Shown here piece by piece: positions 14,794-16,829 of a DNA stretch of 16,829 bases. Source of the DNA: Sulfurimonadaceae bacterium. GTDB lineage: Bacteria > Campylobacterota > Campylobacteria > Campylobacterales > Sulfurimonadaceae. Positions within the stretch are counted from its first letter, which is position 1. Every line of letters starts with the position of its first letter. The stretch lies in assembly GCA_041562555.1 (NCBI GenBank), contig JBFEXS010000041.1, forward strand, positions 1-16,829, written 5' to 3'. The notes under the pieces are model-generated. The model made no database searches, was not told the DNA's origin, and was given only the letters and a program-made list of their open reading frames with translations. The position numbers and the translations under genes were made by a program.

Positions 14794-14866
14794 TTTTTAC
14801 TATTCTTTTCAAAGGCCTGTTTGAACATAATTGTACCTCTTTTAATCAAAATATAGGTGAGGGCAA

Positions 14867-14874
14867 GTTAAAAT
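14867..14874 (+). promoter_or_regulatory. Candidate -10 (gtTAAAAT) for ftsW-murG
   Basis: gnTAnAAT match 31 nt upstream of the ftsW ATG. Confidence 0.45.
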
Positions 14875-14905
14875 GGCGCAAGATTAAATTGAAACAAGTT
14901 GGCTA

Positions 14906-16072
14906 ATGACAGATCGATCTCTTTTTTTATCCGTATCACTGCTGATTACCATCGGGATAGTACTCTCTTATTCGCTCTCTTCGTATATCGTTATCCTGTT
15001 TGAACTAAACCCTTTTCATTTTGCTGTCAGACAGGCAGTGTTTGCATTGATATCGATTATAGTCATGTGGGGGATTTCGCAGTTTGATGCAGATAAACTG
15101 TTGCATCCTCTGGGTCTAAGCCTCTTTTTTATCGGCATCTTTTTGATGATGATCATGCCCTTTTTGCCTGCTTCATTGGTAAGTGAGGTCGGAGGTGCAA
15201 AGCGATGGATCAAAATAGCCGGATTCTCTTTGGCACCGGTAGAGTTTTTTAAAGTCGGTTTTGTCTATTTTCTGGCTTGGTCATTCACGCGAAAGCTTTC
15301 AGATCATCATAGTGAACTTCGTTTGAGAGACGAGTTTGCACGCTTTATGCCCTATGCTGTGGTTTTTGTTATCGTGATGTTTTTGATCGCCTTTATGCAA
15401 AACGATCTGGGTCAAGTCGTCGTTTTGGGATTGACATTGGCGTTTTTGCTTTTTTTTGCGGGAAGCTCTTTTAAGTTTTTTCTCTCATTGATCTCTTTGG
15501 CATTTGCCTTTTTCATCTTTTTCATCCTGACCGCTGAACACAGGATCATCCGTATCAAGTCCTGGTGGGCGTCGATACAGGGATTTGTACTCGGATTATT
15601 GCCGGAGTCGATCTCAGAACATCTTCGTATCACTGTGAGTGAGGAACCCTACCAGATAGGACACTCTTTGAATGCGATCCATCATGGTGGTTTTTTTGGG
15701 ACAGGCCTGGCTAACGGTACCTTTAAACTCGGTTTTCTGTCCGAAGTCCATACAGACTTCGTCTTGGCCGGACTGGCCGAAGAGTTCGGTTTTTTTGGTG
15801 TACTGCTCGTGACGATGATCGTTATCGTGATCTTGCAGCGTATCTTCAAGATTGCCAATCGCAGTGACAATCCGGTGTTTTATCTTTTCAGTGTTGGTAT
15901 CGGGCTGCTTTTTGCTTTTGCTTTTTTGATGAATGCCTATGGGATAAGCGGATTGACTCCCATCAAGGGTATCTCAGTACCCTTTCTTTCCTATGGGGGA
16001 TCTTCGATGCTAGCAGCGAGTATTGGGATGGGGATGGTACTTATGATCTCCAAGAAGATGCGAAAATCATGA
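14906..16072 (+). CDS. ftsW: SEDS family peptidoglycan glycosyltransferase FtsW
   Basis: About 10 TM; GGAKRWI, PVEFFK, QNDLG, YQ..SLNAIHHGGFFGTGL, SEVHTDF, PFLSYGGSS; coupled to murG. Confidence 0.92.
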   Translation: MTDRSLFLSVSLLITIGIVLSYSLSSYIVILFELNPFHFAVRQAVFALISIIVMWGISQFDADKLLHPLGLSLFFIGIFLMMIMPFLPASLVSEVGGAKRWIKIAGFSLAPVEFFKVGFVYFLAWSFTRKLSDHHSELRLRDEFARFMPYAVVFVIVMFLIAFMQNDLGQVVVLGLTLAFLLFFAGSSFKFFLSLISLAFAFFIFFILTAEHRIIRIKSWWASIQGFVLGLLPESISEHLRITVSEEPYQIGHSLNAIHHGGFFGTGLANGTFKLGFLSEVHTDFVLAGLAEEFGFFGVLLVTMIVIVILQRIFKIANRSDNPVFYLFSVGIGLLFAFAFLMNAYGISGLTPIKGISVPFLSYGGSSMLAASIGMGMVLMISKKMRKS

Positions 16073-16829
16073 GGATACTTATTACGGGAGGAGGAACCGG
16101 CGGTCATCTGGCGATCGCAAAGAGCCTCAGGGATGCAGCACTTCAGTCCGGGCATACTTGTCTCTTTGTCGGTTCCAAATCGGGGCAGGATCGCAGTTGG
16201 TTCGAGGGAGACAAGCATTTTGAATCAGTTTTTTTCCTGGATACCAGCGGGGTCGTGAATAAAAAAGGAATAGGGAAGCTCTTTTCGCTTTTTAAAACAT
16301 TTACGGCAACGATAAAAGCGCTCTCTTTAGTGAAAAAGGCGGATGTAGTCATCAGTGTGGGGGGATTCTCTGCTGCTCCAGCCTCATTTGCTGCTGCCTT
16401 GTTGCGAAAGCCCTATTTTATACATGAACAAAATGCCGAAGTGGGTCGTTTGAATCGTCTCCTTCGACCCTATGCAAGAGGTTTTTACAGCTCCTATGAA
16501 GAGGAGTCCTTTGTTAAAGACTACCCAGTCAGGGAACGCTTTTTTGAACTTGCGCGTAAGCGTGACAAGATTGGGACGGTTATTTTTTTAGGAGGATCCC
16601 AGGGTGCGCGCTTTATCAATGAACTCGCACTTCAGGTCGCCCCGCTTTTACGTGACAAAGGGATAAACATCATTCATCAGGCCGGTAAGCTGGAGATAGA
16701 GAAGGTCATTAAAGCCTATAGGGATTTGGACATTGATGCGGAAGTCTTTGATTTCCGGGAGGATCTTGATCAGCTTATGCAGCAAAGTGATCTTGCGGTG
16801 AGTCGTTCAGGAGCCAGTACCTTGTGGGA
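16069..16829 (+). CDS. murG: Undecaprenyldiphospho-muramoylpentapeptide beta-N-acetylglucosaminyltransferase MurG (3' end outside the window)
   Basis: Translated by hand, as it is absent from the ORF track: MRILITGGGTGGHLAIA, SVGGFSAAP, IHEQNA, FLGGSQGA, AVSRSGASTLW; ATGA overlap with the ftsW stop. Confidence 0.96.
   Translation, partial: MRILITGGGTGGHLAIAKSLRDAALQSGHTCLFVGSKSGQDRSWFEGDKHFESVFFLDTSGVVNKKGIGKLFSLFKTFTATIKALSLVKKADVVISVGGFSAAPASFAAALLRKPYFIHEQNAEVGRLNRLLRPYARGFYSSYEEESFVKDYPVRERFFELARKRDKIGTVIFLGGSQGARFINELALQVAPLLRDKGINIIHQAGKLEIEKVIKAYRDLDIDAEVFDFREDLDQLMQQSDLAVSRSGASTLW

Noticed and set aside
543..16352. Many 60-116 aa alternative-frame and antisense ORFs (e.g. 543-806, 2145-2390, 3760-4110, 7598-7900, 9801-10151, 13971-14312, 15991-16218)
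   Set aside because: All lie within well-supported genes and show no recognisable motifs, so they are treated as shadow ORFs.
1..16829. CRISPR array, IS element, prophage, toxin-antitoxin or defence genes
   Set aside because: No regularly spaced repeats, terminal inverted repeats or matching protein motifs were seen. The methyltransferase lacks DNA-methyltransferase catalytic motifs (DPPY/NPPY or PC).

Overview
Mostly core chromosome of a flagellated Campylobacterota (epsilonproteobacterial) bacterium, probably Sulfurimonas-like. This is inferred from protein style, AHQWRQPL-type kinases, extended -10 promoters and gene order. From left to right: the end of a tRNA cluster (Gly-partial, Leu, Cys, Ser); an orphan membrane histidine kinase; a minus-strand operon of a small membrane protein, a PAS histidine kinase and an EamA/DMT transporter; an Ate/Bpt aminoacyl-tRNA-protein transferase and an ABM-domain protein; a single-domain CheY-like regulator and a membrane protein; a YqiA-like esterase; prfB (no frameshift); panC; an OmpK/Tsx-like porin; an FtsI-type PBP; a three-gene plus-strand block (DUF4136-like lipoprotein, SAM methyltransferase, miniature LTxxQ/Spy-like protein); fliE, flgC and flgB with a clear sigma54 promoter; ftsW and a truncated murG. 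I found no mobile element, CRISPR array or defence system, and nothing here clearly proves a new system. The best leads are the small membrane protein-kinase-DMT operon, the uncharacterised three-gene block splitting ftsI from fliE, two candidate leaderless genes (fliE and ate), and a tRNA-Ser with an A discriminator.
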